Shown here: positions 37,371 through 51,056 of the stretch, in pieces | Numbering within the stretch: position 1 is the first letter of the stretch | Layout of the letters: each line of letters opens with the position of its first letter | Origin: Mobula hypostoma | Taxonomy: Eukaryota | NCBI RefSeq assembly: GCF_963921235.1 | Contig: NC_086097.1 | Location: forward strand, 39,930,001 to 39,994,000 | Length of the DNA: 64,000 nt | Reading direction: 5' to 3' | Program-made: the position numbers and the translations under genes | The notes under the pieces: generated by a model | What the model saw: the letters and a program-made list of their open reading frames with translations, nothing else | Database searches by the model: none | What the model was told of the DNA's origin: nothing

Positions 37371-40300
37371 GAAGATTTTATATTAAGATTGGAGCAACAA
37401 TTTGCCTCATGTATACAGTTATAAAATTATTGAGCCATTCTATTGAACAAAGTGGGTTTTTATAACAGCTTGGGTTTTTCCATTGTCTATCTCTGTGCAA
37501 CTTAGCCAATTCAATGCAATTTTGCTGTTTATAATGGTAAATGACTTCTCTTTTTTTGTATTATGACCATATATGAACAGTATTGAAACACCATAAAGTA
37601 GTAAAATGCAAAATATTATAATGCTGCTCAGTGTATGGTGGTGATAGTGCCTTTGTGGTGGAGGGATAGGGGTGATGTCCAGTGATATATAGGTACAAAT
37701 TCCTCCACTGAGTACTGTGGGCTGCCTATGTGATAGAAATTCATCCCATTTCCACAGTAATAGGTTGCTGCACTTTACTTGCCTACTTGTTAAAGAGACC
37801 CACATTATCAGGGAATTCTCAGAGATACAAGGCTACATTTCTGAAAAGAAATGTAAACATAACCATCTGTTGACAGAGGGAAGCAAATGTTAGAACTGAT
37901 GATGGAACAAAGTGGTTAGGGAAAGAACAAAGAGCAAGATTGTGGTCTCTCCTCATGTGGTGATTGAAGTGCTGTTTATATCCAATGTTTTCTGTTTTAC
38001 ATCAGGTTTTTGCTTTCTGCAGAACGTTGCTTTTGGTTCACGAAACCTTTCTTGAGGATTAGTATGTTGCCTGTAGGTTAAACAGAAGGAATGTGCACCA
38101 AAGAGTAACTTATCAAGTCCACACTCAGGACTTAACAGATGAATTTTTGCACAGACAAATTAAGTCAGCTCACAGCAACTGCTTAAGCAGAAACCTGCAG
38201 CACATACCAAGTTCCAGTACATGGAGCTTCAAATGTATTCAAGTCTTCTTCTTAGCTGTTTTATTTAAATACAGCCTTTGAAAGCTCAAAAGCATCAGTT
38301 TGTCAATGAAATACAAGACCATTACAATGTCCAGAATGACATATTAGTGTACATTTGTTTGTAACCTGAAGGGATTTATTGAATTAAGATAAAGCTTGGT
38401 TGGACTTTGTGCAGGTTGAGTTCAGTGCTGTGTGGTCAAGATGCATTCACTTGGCCAAATCTTCATTTTTTAAATAGTGTCACATTGGTTACAGGTGAAT
38501 TATCATTTCTATTGAAGGAAATAAAAATGAGGAGAGATATAAAACTGGCTGCTGATTCATTTTTTATAATTACACAAGCTCCTGCTGGAAATGAAATACA
38601 AGACCACTACAATGTCCTAACCTGTTGGACTAATTTTTGGACCAGGCTTATTTAAGCACCAGGTATGGCACAAGAATGTTCTACCTGAGTGTAAAAAAAA
38701 GAGAAACCGGCCAACAACTTCAGAAAAAGTTTCAGTAACAAAATTTAGAACTCAAATTACCTTATTTTATCAACTGAAAGAATAACGTAGAATGCACCCT
38801 TTCACAGATAAACTCAATATTCTTGTCAAATTTACACAAGTTAAGCCCTTTGAGGATCAGAGTCTTCTCTCCTAGTACCTTTCCAAGTCAGATAACATTT
38901 AATTTATTCAGGATCAAATGGATACAATTACTCTTGTTGATCCTCAAAGAACTTAAAATATTCACAAAAATGCTTTGACTCAGCATGCATTGAAGGGATT
39001 TGACTGCTTCATTACATACAGCATGGGCTTTCAGTAAATGGCTTGTATACTTGAAGCATCATTTCCTGCTGCCACCATCTGCTTTTGTGTTGTGCATCTT
39101 GGTCCAGGGGAATGTTGTTTTGTTTGGCAGTACACATGTATATGATTGAAATGACAATAAACATTGAACTTTGACCTGAGCTCTTGCTAGTTTGATTTCC
39201 CTGAAGCAAAGTATTGTTTAAAATTCAACTGCAGAACATTAAGCAATGGAGAATTATTTTATTCAGACTGATATGCAGTAACAACCTTTTTGTGGGTTAT
39301 TTCACGTCTGTAAATTTCACCATACACTCCTGGGCGTGAGTCACCGTTGCAAGCTTGAAGTGATTTTCATGTGCTGGGGATATGGGATGGAATGGTTTCT
39401 CATTCAGAGTTACATTTGGAGTATTATGGGTGAAGTGGGACATGTAGTTCACATTGTTCTTTACTGCATCAATCCTCACATCACTGATCACTGTCGGTCA
39501 CGAACACCCACAGCCCCTGTATTTCAATCATGCCAACACCTGCCCCATAACACATTAGCACCTCCAACAGTCCCCTATCGCTCACTAGTGGTACCCATTC
39601 TATTCCTTACAGCCCCATCAACTCAAGGCAGAGGCTCTGTTTCAATCCTTTTGTATCCCAGCTTAAACCACATGCTCCGATTACTTGCCCTACTCTGAAA
39701 GTGTGCTTGTTCAGAGTCTGTGATGGTATTGGGTTCGCCAACTGCAAAGTTCCAAACTCTAACGATATAACCTTATCTGATATAAATAGCCGCAAGTAAT
39801 CTCACTAAAAATAGATTGCATTATAAATCTCCAATCTTCAAAAACTATTTCCCATCCCTGTTTATACTCCACGGCATGTTTAGCTACCAATAGCCAGTAT
39901 TCGAGCAGTGAGTCTCCTCTCCCTATCAAGTAAAAGAAACTTCCAGTTTAAAACACAGTTCTTTCATTTTGAGTGTCACATGTTTAAATAAAAATAACAT
40001 CCTTAAAACATGTTTAAAACTAACAGAGGATTTTATCTTAAATATTTCCAATTTGCAAACCAATTCTAAAACACAAAAGATTTCTAAATCACAAAGCACA
40101 AAGGACAAAGAATTTCCAAATCACAGGTACAATTCATATAAACTAAAAAGACATATCAATGAGTTCCAGATGAACAAATTGTCCTTCGCAGAAACCGAAG
40201 CCAGAAGAAAGGATTTTAGTTCACCTTGTGTTCCTTTCATGTTTCTTGATGTTCTTTTCACCATTCCTAATAAGCCTGAACTGCTCTCAGCATTTATACA

Positions 40301-42953
40301 CTTTCTTTCCCACTTGGATGACTTCACACACATATGATATTTCCTCAGATACCGTTTTTACGCAAACAGTCTTAAAGCATCTTGGGGTCATAGACCACAA
40401 TTAATGCTATGAAGCTAACTTCGAGTACATAAAACTCATATCATTAGTAGATCAGTTATTGATGTGGCAAATGATATTATCCATCTGGTCTGCAAGCTTC
40501 TTTGAATCAAGCAACTTAGTCAGCTTGTCTGTTTTGAAACAACCCATCCTGTTATACTGCATCCTAAATCAGCAATAAAGCAGGTATTGTGAGCGAGCAT
40601 CCGCTTCTCATAGAGAGGGTGTCTGCAAGCTGCTTTATAAATAATACTTGGTTTTAACTTCAAACTGATTACTGCTTTCTATTTACATTTTAAGAACTGA
40701 CTCCCATTTATGAACAGAAACGAAAGAAAGCAATATTAGTTGGAAGTTTACTTACATCTGTTTCATCTTACAAATGATAGCTATTGTGTTTAGAAAGTGA
40801 GTTTATCAAAGAACCAAGGAGTGAATATCCATCAGAGGTCCAGGTAGACAAATTAAATCTTTGTTTTTATGTACTAAACTACCCTCCTCTGAAAACTGCA
40901 TTTGATAATATCTTCACTGTGACAAAACTGAGCTTAATGAGAAGAATTTGGAATCTATTGCAATCCTACTGGACTAATATTATTCAACAGGGAGCGCTAT
41001 TTTTTGTCAGTTGAATTAATTAAAGATAGGGCCTCTCTTAAATTAAAATACCATTTGGCAGGTTGCTACCTTCTGAAGCAACATACTAATTAGTACTGAG
41101 TATTTCTGTAAAATACACAACAATCTCGCAATTGTGCAACATTCAAGCAAATTCTACTGAAGCTGGAAATCTGAAGTAGCAACAGTAAAAGCCTAAAATA
41201 TTGAGCAGGTCAGACAGAGAAGGAGGGTTTCAATTTGGGTTGATACTCATGCATCAGAACAGGGCTTTATTTAGCGAGTGGTCAAGTGACTGGCAAGACC
41301 AGCACATTACTCATCCCTAACTGCTCTTGAGAAGGTGGCAGTGAGCCACTTTTCTGTACTCCTAGTGAAGGTACTCCCTCAGGGTGGGGAGTTCCACTGG
41401 CAGCCCTCTCAGAGGTACAGAAGTCTGAAGTCCAGCGTCTCCAGGTTCAAGAACGGTTAATTCCCTTCAACCACTCAGTTCTTGAACCAACCAGCACAAC
41501 CCTTATCACCAGAATTTAGCAACACTACGACTTCTTTGGTTACTTTACACTAAAATGGGCTTCAGTGTTCTCATACTTTCTAGTAAAAATTGTGTTAAAT
41601 TTAAGTTCAATTTATTTTTATTGTGAATGCTGCATATATGATGCTTTGTCCTTGTGATGCCACTGCAAGTACGTTTCTCATTGAACCTGAGCACCATGCA
41701 CTTATGTATATGACAATTAACTCAACTTTGACTGGACTAACAATCCAGAGGGACACATAAGATCTCAAAATGGTTTTATTCAGAAAATTGTGCAATATGG
41801 AAATTTAAATGATAAGATTTTAAAAAAAAATTCAGCTAACCATGAAACTACTGGATTGCTGCTAAAATCCATCCACTTCACCAAAACAGTTCAGGGAATG
41901 AAAATGTTAAAAGAAGAATGGAAATTAGCTGCACAGGTTTCAAACAGTTCCAATTTAATACAGCAATTGGATCCTATTTACATCAGAGGACTCCATGGCC
42001 ATATTAAAAATGATCCATTGTCTGAAACAGAGAGGCACTTTCGTTCCCATCAGTAGACTTTTTCTTCTGAAAGAGGATTCATCACTAATATTAATAAGGC
42101 TACTAACCTGATTTTGAATCCATTACTACCCCATTAGCAGAGGACAAATGCAGCTGAGATCATTGCATAACAGGTGAGATTGAAATTAATTGCTCTTAGG
42201 AACAGATGGTCTGTCTTTTCAGGCCATTCTAGATTCGGTTCTCATTATCCGATTTAACAGTCATTTTCAAGATTCAAGATTCAAGATTCAAGTTTATTTT
42301 TTTGTATATACATCTAAATATATAGTGAAATGCATCAGTCTTGCTAGCAACCAGCACACCAACTCATTGACCTAGTTGGGGAAGGGTTTCGTTGTCCTCT
42401 CTCTGTAGATCTGATATCTGACATCTGACTGCAGATATCTCAAGTGCAGTCTTTGAACGTTGAGTCTGGCCTGACCTCTAGCTTCCCTCTCTTGTCTCAA
42501 CCATCCTTACAAACCTAAAAAAGCAAATAAAAATTAAACAACTAAACAATAGAAAAACAACTAGATCTGAGCTGTGTCTCAGTGGAAGTTGCAGTTCAGT
42601 GGCATCTTGAAAAATGATTAGCATTAGTGACGCAACATTCACAAGTAAAACATAAATTCAATATATGTTATACAAAATTCAAAAGACAAGATACAACACA
42701 ATCAGAACATAAAAAGAAACCCATTAGAATACAAAGCCATCAAACTATGTAGTTCAGTTTTGTTAAATTGAGGCAGTAATTTGAGTTGTGTAGGTTAGTT
42801 TAGGAACTGAATTGTTAAAGGTAAGTAGCTGTTCTTGAACTTGGTGTTATAAGTATCTCTTGGTGGTGTGGGACTTTGGGTTTCTGTACCTCCTGGCCAA
42901 CAGTACCTACAAGAAGACGGCATGGCCTGGATAGTAGGAATCTTAGGTAATAC

Positions 42954-43628
42954 AGACATCCCACCTCTCCTGGAACTTCCGGGAGTCTCCTGCTTATTAA
43001 TAGTGGCTCCCTGATGCCCGCAAATTATGTACAATATCACGGAAATCAATTTTTTTGAGAGCGAGTGAGAGAGAAGCAAGAGAGAGCGCGAGCGCGAGCG
43101 AGAAAGCAAGCGAGAGCGCTTGAGAGTGCGCGAGTGACCAAGAGAGAGAGAGAGCGACCATGAGAGAGAGAGAGCGACCATGAGAGAGCGCGCGAGCGAC
43201 CATGAGAGAGAGTGCGAGTGCGAGCGACCATGAGAGAGAGAGAGCGCGAGCAACCATGAGAGAGAGAGAGAGCGCGAGGGAGAGCGCGCCATGGCAGAGT
43301 GTTCCAAAAAAATATAAAACGTACGTCACCCCAGACTACACTGAAGTGCACCCCTGCCTAATAGGGGTCAAAAATAATGACAGCGTTGCTCGCTGCACTG
43401 TTTGCAACGGTGACTTTTCTATTGCCCATGGTGGGTTAAGACTGTAAAAGACATGTTGAGGTAAGTTTAACAAGTGTCATTCGTTCATTAGCATAGCTAA
43501 CGTTATTTAAACTAGCTGGCCAGCTGCTAAGGAGCTACTCTATTGCAGACATCCCACCTCTCCTGGAAGTCTCCCGCAAATTGATGGTGCTACCTCCCTG
43601 AGTTGAGTTTTTGCAGGGTGGGATGTCT
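42954..43628 (+). mobile_element. Non-autonomous hAT (Tip100-like) element
   Basis: TIRs agacatcccacc / ggtgggatgtct and an 8-bp TSD ggtaatac (42946-42953, 43629-43636). Retains the transposase N-terminal zinc-finger remnant ARCTVCNGDFSIAHGG. Inserted in a Rex1-like fragment (~42640-43920, minus). Confidence 0.85.
43057..43290. repeat. GA/GC-rich simple repeat (gagcgaccatgagagag units) within hAT
   Basis: Directly visible; it explains the Ser/Leu/Arg-rich spurious ORFs here. Confidence 0.9.
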
Positions 43629-43936
43629 GGTAATACATGTTGCCTTTTTGAGGTAAAGCCTCATATAAGTCAGTTCAATGATAGGGAGTGATGTGTCCCT
43701 GATGTATTGGGCTAAGTCCAGTACATTCTGCAGTTTCTTACATTCCTGCACATTTGAATTGCTCTACCAAGCCATGATGTAATCTGTGAAGATACTTTCA
43801 ACAGTACACCTGTAGGAGTTGGTTAGTGTATTCAGTGACATACCAAACATTCTTAACCTTCTAAGAAATTAGGAGGTTGGTATACCTTCCTAGTAATTGA
43901 TCCTTGGTAGGTTAATTGATATTCAATGTCCCGATG

Positions 43937-44818
43937 TGTCATGGTCCGGACCGTGAAGTCCACATTCCAGTTCACGGTCCTGTCCGTGGATTCTGGACTC
44001 TGGGTCTTCTGGCTGTCCCTTGTTTCATTTGGGCTTCATCATAGGCATCTGATGCTCGTCCTGGCACTGGGAATATAAGTGGCCCTGGGATCGAGTGTGG
44101 GTGCTGGTTTGTCTTGTCAGTATCCTCTTGGAGCAACCTGCTGGTGGAAGGCTAGAGCAGCCATACACCTGGTTGGAGGACCACCGCTTCATGGAGCCTT
44201 GTTGTCTCTAGTCGGAGCAGTCATCGTGGTACGGATTCGGCTGTTTCTGGGGCAAGCTGAGTGGTTGTCTGCCACTCCGAGCTGGATATGGATTCAGCTG
44301 TTTCCGTGGCCAGCCAAGGTTGCTGGCTGCCCCGAGACTCGGAGCCACCCCGGACTGAACTCCCTTCCTGTCCTTGCCTCTGTAGGCTACGTCAGGCCAT
44401 CTTTGCTGTTACCCTGTGGTTGGATCTATCCCTTCCTGTCCTTTGCCTCCATGGGGTAAGTCAGGCCGTACTTGCCATTTCCCTACGGTTGGATCTGTCC
44501 CTCCCTGTCCTGGCCTCTGTGGGAATCCAGGCCTGTAGCCGCGTCATGTCCTTGCCTAGTTCTGGGGTCCAAGCCTGAGTCAAGACCCAGGTTCTTTGTC
44601 CTTGTCCAATCTCTGGCTCAGAGTCCAAGCCCAGGCTCCTAGTTCCCATTTCCTTGTCCTGGTCCTGCTTTCCTAGACAAAGTCCTAGCCCAAGTCTGTG
44701 TTCCTGTCCCCCTCCTAGTCTTTGTCCAGTCCCATCCCTAACTCTAGTTCAGTCCAGTTCCCAGTACTTCAGTGTCTGTCTTGCATTTGGGTCCGTCCTC
44801 AACGCCCACTGTATGATA
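43937..44818 (+). mobile_element. Solo LTR (Gypsy-like)
   Basis: Starts tgtcatggtccgg and ends atgata (decayed CA), with a 5-bp TSD cgatg/tgatg. Colinear with 58842-60077. Strand is relative only. Confidence 0.8.
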
Positions 44819-44823
44819 TGATG

Positions 44824-45622
44824 AAGTCAAAGTGCTAAGTTCTGTTAAAGTGTTGAGGAATGTTACACTGATTGAACAGTGTTTTGACCAATTGGCTGGT
44901 AAGGATGTTGCGCCAGTCCGGACTAGCAGTGATGTGACTGAAGTTGCATTATCCAATATGTTAGGAGACCCTGGAGAGTTGGGGCCATGGGCAGTCCATG
45001 TTTTTATAGAAGGGGTGAAGGTAGCTGAGGGAAAAGACTTTAAAGACAAGTTGTTCTAGTTTCTGTGAAGTGAGGGAAAGGAGTTGTCTGATGTGAATGG
45101 TCTAATGGGTCCTTCAGCGGTTGATGTAAGTTCCGAGCTGGTTTCGGCTATTACATCAATAGTTGATGAATGCCAAAATGTAGCTGTGGAGAGCCAAAGT
45201 TATCGTAGGCTGGGAGTATTCTCTGGTGTCAAGCTCACACCCGATGGGAAAGAAGAATGAAGCTTGGGTGGAGCAGACATCTCAGTTAATGGATGAGTAG
45301 CAGTGCTCGGATAATATGAAAAACTTAGATAAAACTAAAATTGGTAAATATACTTTCTTTATAATTTATGCGGTCTACTATCTGTTATCTCTTGCTGACC
45401 GATAATTGTGTATGGGTAGTACTTACACAGCATTCGCTCCAATTGAGATTCATTGAATTGGAACATCATGATGTTCCTGTTTTGTTGAAACCCAAATCAT
45501 ACCGACCTAGACATGTATTGTTTATAAAAGGTGACCTTTCAGAGTCATGCAGAGTCACGTGGCTGTTAGCTGAGTTCACTAACGAGCCGAGTTTGTATAC
45601 AAGCCCTGGTGAGAGGGTTACA
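44824..45622 (+). mobile_element. Gypsy gag (PNMA-like) remnant followed by LTR 3' portion
   Basis: GELGPWAVHVF and SYRRLGVFSGVKLTPDGKEE..AWVEQTSQLMDE*QCSD motifs with stops; ends ggtgagagggttaca. Confidence 0.8.
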
Positions 45623-46279
45623 GGTAGGTCCACTCATTGATTTGGGACTAATGGCCTCTGTAGCCCTGACTCCAGGAGCAGTTATGCTGGAGTTGGAAGA
45701 TATTTCAATTTATTGGGACAACTTGGATGCAGGAAAAATCTGGCTTTGTATTCACCGCAGAGGTAAACTAATGTGTTTTGTTGTCAGGAAAATGGGATAT
45801 CCCAAATAAGAAAATAAGTAGTTCCACTTTGGCCATCTCAACTCATGCTAATTTGTATACCTTGCATCCTTTCTTGATTATGTTGTAATCAGAATCTTAA
45901 GGGCTGTTCATTCTGTGCTCATTTGGTACTAACTTGCACTTTGTGATGGTTTCCTAACATATTGGTTACACAGGAGCTTGTATTAGAATCCATCACCACC
46001 GTTAACAAAGTCTAATGGGGAAACATATCGTTGATGCAGATAAAAGTGAAGGGCACTGATTCATTAAATCCACTTTACATCATAATGCCTAATGCAAATC
46101 TCAGAAACTGTGGAAAATATCCAAGTTTAAGCTCATAGGTTCATGAAAGGTTAAATACTCTTGTTTTACACAACCTCCCAAAGACCAGATTATTAAATAT
46201 TCATATCTTGATTTGACTGCTAACTTTTAAAACATGCCTACGTGGTATTCTTCAGCTGTGCTGACATGTTGACACCCTG

Positions 46280-46950
46280 ACAGTGATGCCAGGATAACAA
46301 CCTCTCCCTCAATGTCCAAAAAACAAAAGAGCTGATTGTGGATTACAGGAGGAATGGAGACAGGTTCGACCTGATCAGCATTAATGGGTCTGCAGTTGAG
46401 AGGGTGAGTAGTTTCAAGTTCCTCAGTATGCTCATCACTGATGATCCCACCTGGACTGTACACACTGGCTTTGTGGCAAAAAAGCACAACAGCATCTCTT
46501 CCACCTCAGGCAACTGAAGAAGTTCGGCATTGGTCCCCAAATCCTCAAGACCTTCTACAGGGGCACCACTGAGAGCATACATCGACTGGTACACAAAGTG
46601 CACCGACCTTGATCACTGGGCACTGCAGAGAGTGGTACGGACAGCCCAGCACATCCGTGGATGTGAACTGCCCTCCATTGAGGATATTTATAGCAGCAGG
46701 TGCAGAAAGAAGGCCTGGAAGATCACCAGGGACACCTGTCACCCCAAGCATAGACTGTTTCAGCTGCTTCTGACTGGCAAGCAGTACCACAGCATTAAAG
46801 CCAGGACCAACAAGGCTACAGGACAGCTTCTTTCTACAAGCCATTAGACATTTAAATTCACATGTCTCTACATTGCAACAGAGACATAACACAAAGATAT
46901 TTATTCCCTCATGTTGTGGGATGAACGTAAGATTTAAATAAATTCTTATT
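46280..46950 (+). mobile_element. Rex1/Babar-like LINE 3' fragment
   Basis: ALQRVVRTAQHI.GCELPSIEDIYSSRC...HP.H.LFQLL motif. Confidence 0.8.
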
Positions 46951-47682
46951 TAAAATTCTTCATTTTCATAAGAGCTTTAAACATTCTGCTGTCAATTTTA
47001 TCAAATATGTTTATGCATTATTTAATGTCCTTTGACCACAACACAATTTTGAAAAGAATGAGAATTGTTACAACATAGGAAGAGGAAATTTCCTTCCTCA
47101 GCTTGTGCCAGCCTCCTGTAAAAGCGATCCGGTCACTACCATTCCCTGTACTTGCTTCTTTTCAACCGGTTGGTTTGACTTCTTTTTGAAAGCAACGACA
47201 GAATCTGTTGCCATCCTGTTTTCAGGAAATTAATTTCAAATCATGACTACTCATTGTATGACTACATTTTTTTTCAATAAATCCAGTTGCCTCTGCCCTA
47301 TCCTATTACTGTGTTCTGAATGCCCTGTTACTACTTCGTTAATAATAGATGCTTTTATTTTCCTTCTGCCCTTGTCAGACTAACTGGTCTATACTTTTTA
47401 GTTTTCTCTCTCCCAACTTTCTGAAACAGTGGGATTTCATTTCATATCTGTGGGAATCATTCCAAAACGAAGAGAACTTTGGAAGACCATGAAGCTCAGG
47501 GACAGCTTCTATGCCACAGTTAGAAGGCCATTGAATGAATCCCTTGTATGACAAGATATACTCTTGACCTTATCATCTACCTTGTCATGATTCTTGCACC
47601 TTATTGTCTACCTGCATTGCACTTTCTCTGTAACATTTTATTCTGCACTGCCTTCTGTTATTGTTTTTATCTACTTTGTACT

Positions 47683-47972
47683 TATTTATTGAGATACTGT
47701 GGAGAATAGACCCTTCCAGCCCTTCAAGCAGCACAGCCCAGCACCCCTCGATTTAACCCTAGCCTAATCACCGTAAGATTTACAATGACCAACTAACCTA
47801 TTTACCTATACCTGCACAGCTGGGTCTTTGGACTGTGAGAGGAAACCAGAGCATCTGGAGGAATTCCACGCAGTCACGGGGAGAACATGCAGACTTCTTA
47901 CAGCAGTGGGTATTGAACCAGGGTTGCTGGTACTGTAAAGCGTTGAGCTAACCACTCTCTACCGTGCCGCCC
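47683..47972 (-). mobile_element. tRNA-derived V-SINE (HE1-like)
   Basis: The minus strand begins gggcggcacggtag..gtggttagc (A box) and ggttcaatacc (B box), has the V-core gcgtggaattcctccagatgctctggtttcctctcacagtccaaagac, and ends in a (taaa) tail. Confidence 0.8.
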
Positions 47973-49902
47973 CATGCCCCGACCCTTTTGTCGCGTACTA
48001 CCTCAGTTGTGAAGTGATCTGTATGGATGGCATGCAAATTAAAGCTTTCCATTGTACCTCAGTAATAAAAATGATATACTAATTACCAAAATTATTATGA
48101 GGGCATTTGGTATCTTTGTCACCTCAAAGACCTGAAATGCAATTCATCCGGTCCTTGGGATTGGTCATCGGTCAATCCTGTTGATTTATTATATACAAAA
48201 TTTCACTAATTCAATTTCTTTCACAAAATCAGAAAACGCTGGAAACATTTACCATGGCTGACAGCAATTATGAAAGAAGAAACAATAAATGTGTGGGTAC
48301 TTTGTCGGAATTGGAAATGAGAGAAATGGAAGTTACTTATAGTAGAAGAGAAATTAGGGAATGGGTGGATAGAAGAAAGAGATTACCTCTGTAAGGGTGA
48401 ATCTAAATTGCTTATATGGGGCAGTTACAGGCACCTCGTCAGCTTCTTTGTCCATGTAATGTGTTGTAAATAGTGTGGCTGTGTAACAAGTCCTGCTGGC
48501 CAGATGATACCTGTAGTGTGAGGAAAACTGAGTCAACATGAAGATGAAAGTACGAGCAACTCCAATGTAGGAGGAATCAATATTAAGTTCACTCTTCTGT
48601 GTAGATCCCCAATCTGCTGATTTAAAGTGGTTTGCAGATCATTAATTTATATCCATTTACTGGTGTTGCTCCATTGTGTTGGATTTCTCACTTGTCTCCT
48701 GCCTACTCCTTCTTAGCACGAACCTTGATAGTGAAGGTGAAAACTCACAGCCTTTCTCTCTCCCCACCCCCGACAGAAGCCATAAAATGTGCTCTGTATT
48801 GATCCTTGTCCTTTGAAATTCTGCATGTTCTGCTTTAGTTCTTGTTTCTTGCATAATGCTGTTTCAGACCAGATTTTGTTCAATTTTGTAGTTTTTTTTT
48901 GCAGGGAAGTAATTTGGTATTGTCACTAGACACAATCATATTTATGCAACCAAAAATAGCCACAATCCAAATACTGGGCTTGTGTGATTTGTCAATAAGT
49001 TCACATCATGTTACACGTCCTAATTTCCAATATATCTTTCAAAGCCAATATGGCCTCACAACAATAAATTCTGCAAATCATATTGCCTAACAAATAAAGG
49101 GAATCCAGGTAAAGTGAATTTGCACTAAAAATAAAATTAGTGAGCACAAGATAAAAGTGCTGAGCTTTGAAGATGATGACAAACCTCTCTCCATTGTTGA
49201 GTAGATTTTGGGGTGACTTGAATGGGAATTATAAGGAAAGCAAGAGCTGTGTGCATTGCTGGGAGATTGTGGACGTGCCAGAGAATTAGCCAAGTTTTAT
49301 TAAATGGCAAATGAGAAAAATAGTACTAACTAGCAGTACATGTATACAACAAGGCAAAATATGGAATGGATAAAAAATTCCTTGTGAGAAGAATATAGCA
49401 GAAAGGATTTTCTCTGCAATTACTGAGTTTGTATGTTGGAAAGAGAAAATCGCCAGTTTGTCAGATCTGATATGAGCAACAGTATTGCAAATACAATAAC
49501 TACCCTCCACCCTGCAGATGGAAGCAGTACCCTATTGTCAGTGTCTGGAAGGGAAATGAATTAATAAGGGATTAGGGAAAATAACTCTTTTGCATGAAAT
49601 AAAAACAATTAAAGTGAAAGGAGAAGATTTGAAGACCTTGAGCTGTTGAGCATAAACTTTAATCAAGGCAACCTGGTTCCTGAAGTTATAGGCAAGAAAT
49701 TCTTTGTGTACTTAAGTATACTTTGTGAATGCAGCAGGGCTGTTACCTGTGTCTGTGGTTACAGCATGGCTTCAGACCGGTTGCAGATTTGGATTTCAGG
49801 ATAGCGCTGGATTGTTGCACAGTGCTGGTGTTGCTTCACGTATGTTTTTCAGTGTATCTGTGCATACATGTGCTTGTGCATATGACAATCAACTTGACTT
49901 CA

Positions 49903-50001
49903 ATCCTGATGAAGGGTCTTGGCCTGAAATTTCGACTGTTCATTCCCCTCCGTAGATACCACCAGATTTTCTGAGTTCCTCCAGCATTTTGTGTGTGTTG
50001 C
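49903..50001 (+). mobile_element. Ribozyme-headed PLE mini-insertion, tail-less
   Basis: CTGATGA-agggtcttggcct-GAAA. An 18-bp TSD with 2 mismatches lies at 49885-49902 and 50002-50019. Confidence 0.8.
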
Positions 50002-50959
50002 ACAATAAACTGGACTTCAGCTTTTAGACTTTGATAGAATACATAAAACCAGGCGGTATGATCTTTCTTATAATACATTCACCTCTAAGTTTTACCCTCA
50101 GGCAACTTTGACTGAAATTTGCATTGAATCTCTTGGAGATTTGAATATGTGAGACATTTGTTTTAAAATATTTATGAAATATATATACAATGCATGTTGG
50201 TAAAAGCAAAAGAAGCAGGAATATGAATAATATAGAATGCACCTGTGTCCATTAGAAATTCTCTAAATGTTTGAACACATTTTCTGTTAGTGCTGAATTT
50301 TCCTCTGTGTACAGAATTCAAATTATTTTAGATTTATGGTGCAGATTCAAATATTTAGAGCATTCTTCTTTAAAGAAGGTGGAACCCCCAAGTGGAAAAC
50401 TTGGCACATAGAAGCATATAGGATGACAAGAGCCCAGTGTGAAGATGTTGCTGAGCCCTACATATCCTGGCTCTTATCAGAGCAAGTCAAAACAGTAGCA
50501 GTATTCGCTTGGACGTAAATATCAACACCATAGAAAGTAAGAAGTATAGCAAAAAGCCTTATTTATTTTCAGAATCAAAATCAGAATCAGAATCAGAATC
50601 CTTTATTATCGCCAAGTATGTGGACACATACAGGGAATTTGATGCCAGTTTCCCTGAGCTCTCGCTGTACAGAATCAAAAAGCAAACAGAACAATAGTGC
50701 AAATAATCGTGAACTATATATAATGAGGTATCCCTGTGTATGTACAGGTGGACTTGGTTTATAATAGACTAAAACTCAAGTGTTCACAAGACTGATGGCA
50801 TACGGAAAGAAACTGTTCTTGTACCTATTTGTCCTGGCATACAGTGATCTAAAGCGCCTTGGTGGTATTTGATGTGTTTCAAGTACGTTTTAAATTTTGG
50901 TTTTCATTTGTTATAGAATTTTTAATTTTTTCAAAGTATTTAGGTTCATTTCAATAGTT

Positions 50960-51056
50960 CTGATGAAGGGTCTGGGCCTGAAATGTCAACTGTAATCTTT
51001 TCCATAGATGCTGTCAGGCCTGCTGAGTTCCTCCAGCATTTTGTGTGTGTTGCCTT
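50960..51056 (+). mobile_element. Ribozyme-headed PLE mini-insertion, tail-less
   Basis: Starts exactly at CTGATGA; 12-bp TSD atttcaatagtt at 50948-50959 and 51057-51068. Confidence 0.85.

Noticed and set aside
39969..40565. Non-repeat ORFs as coding exons
   Set aside because: No recognisable domain or convincing splice partners.
42795..43447. Several long Ser/Leu/Arg-rich ORFs
   Set aside because: They are produced by the GA-rich simple repeat.
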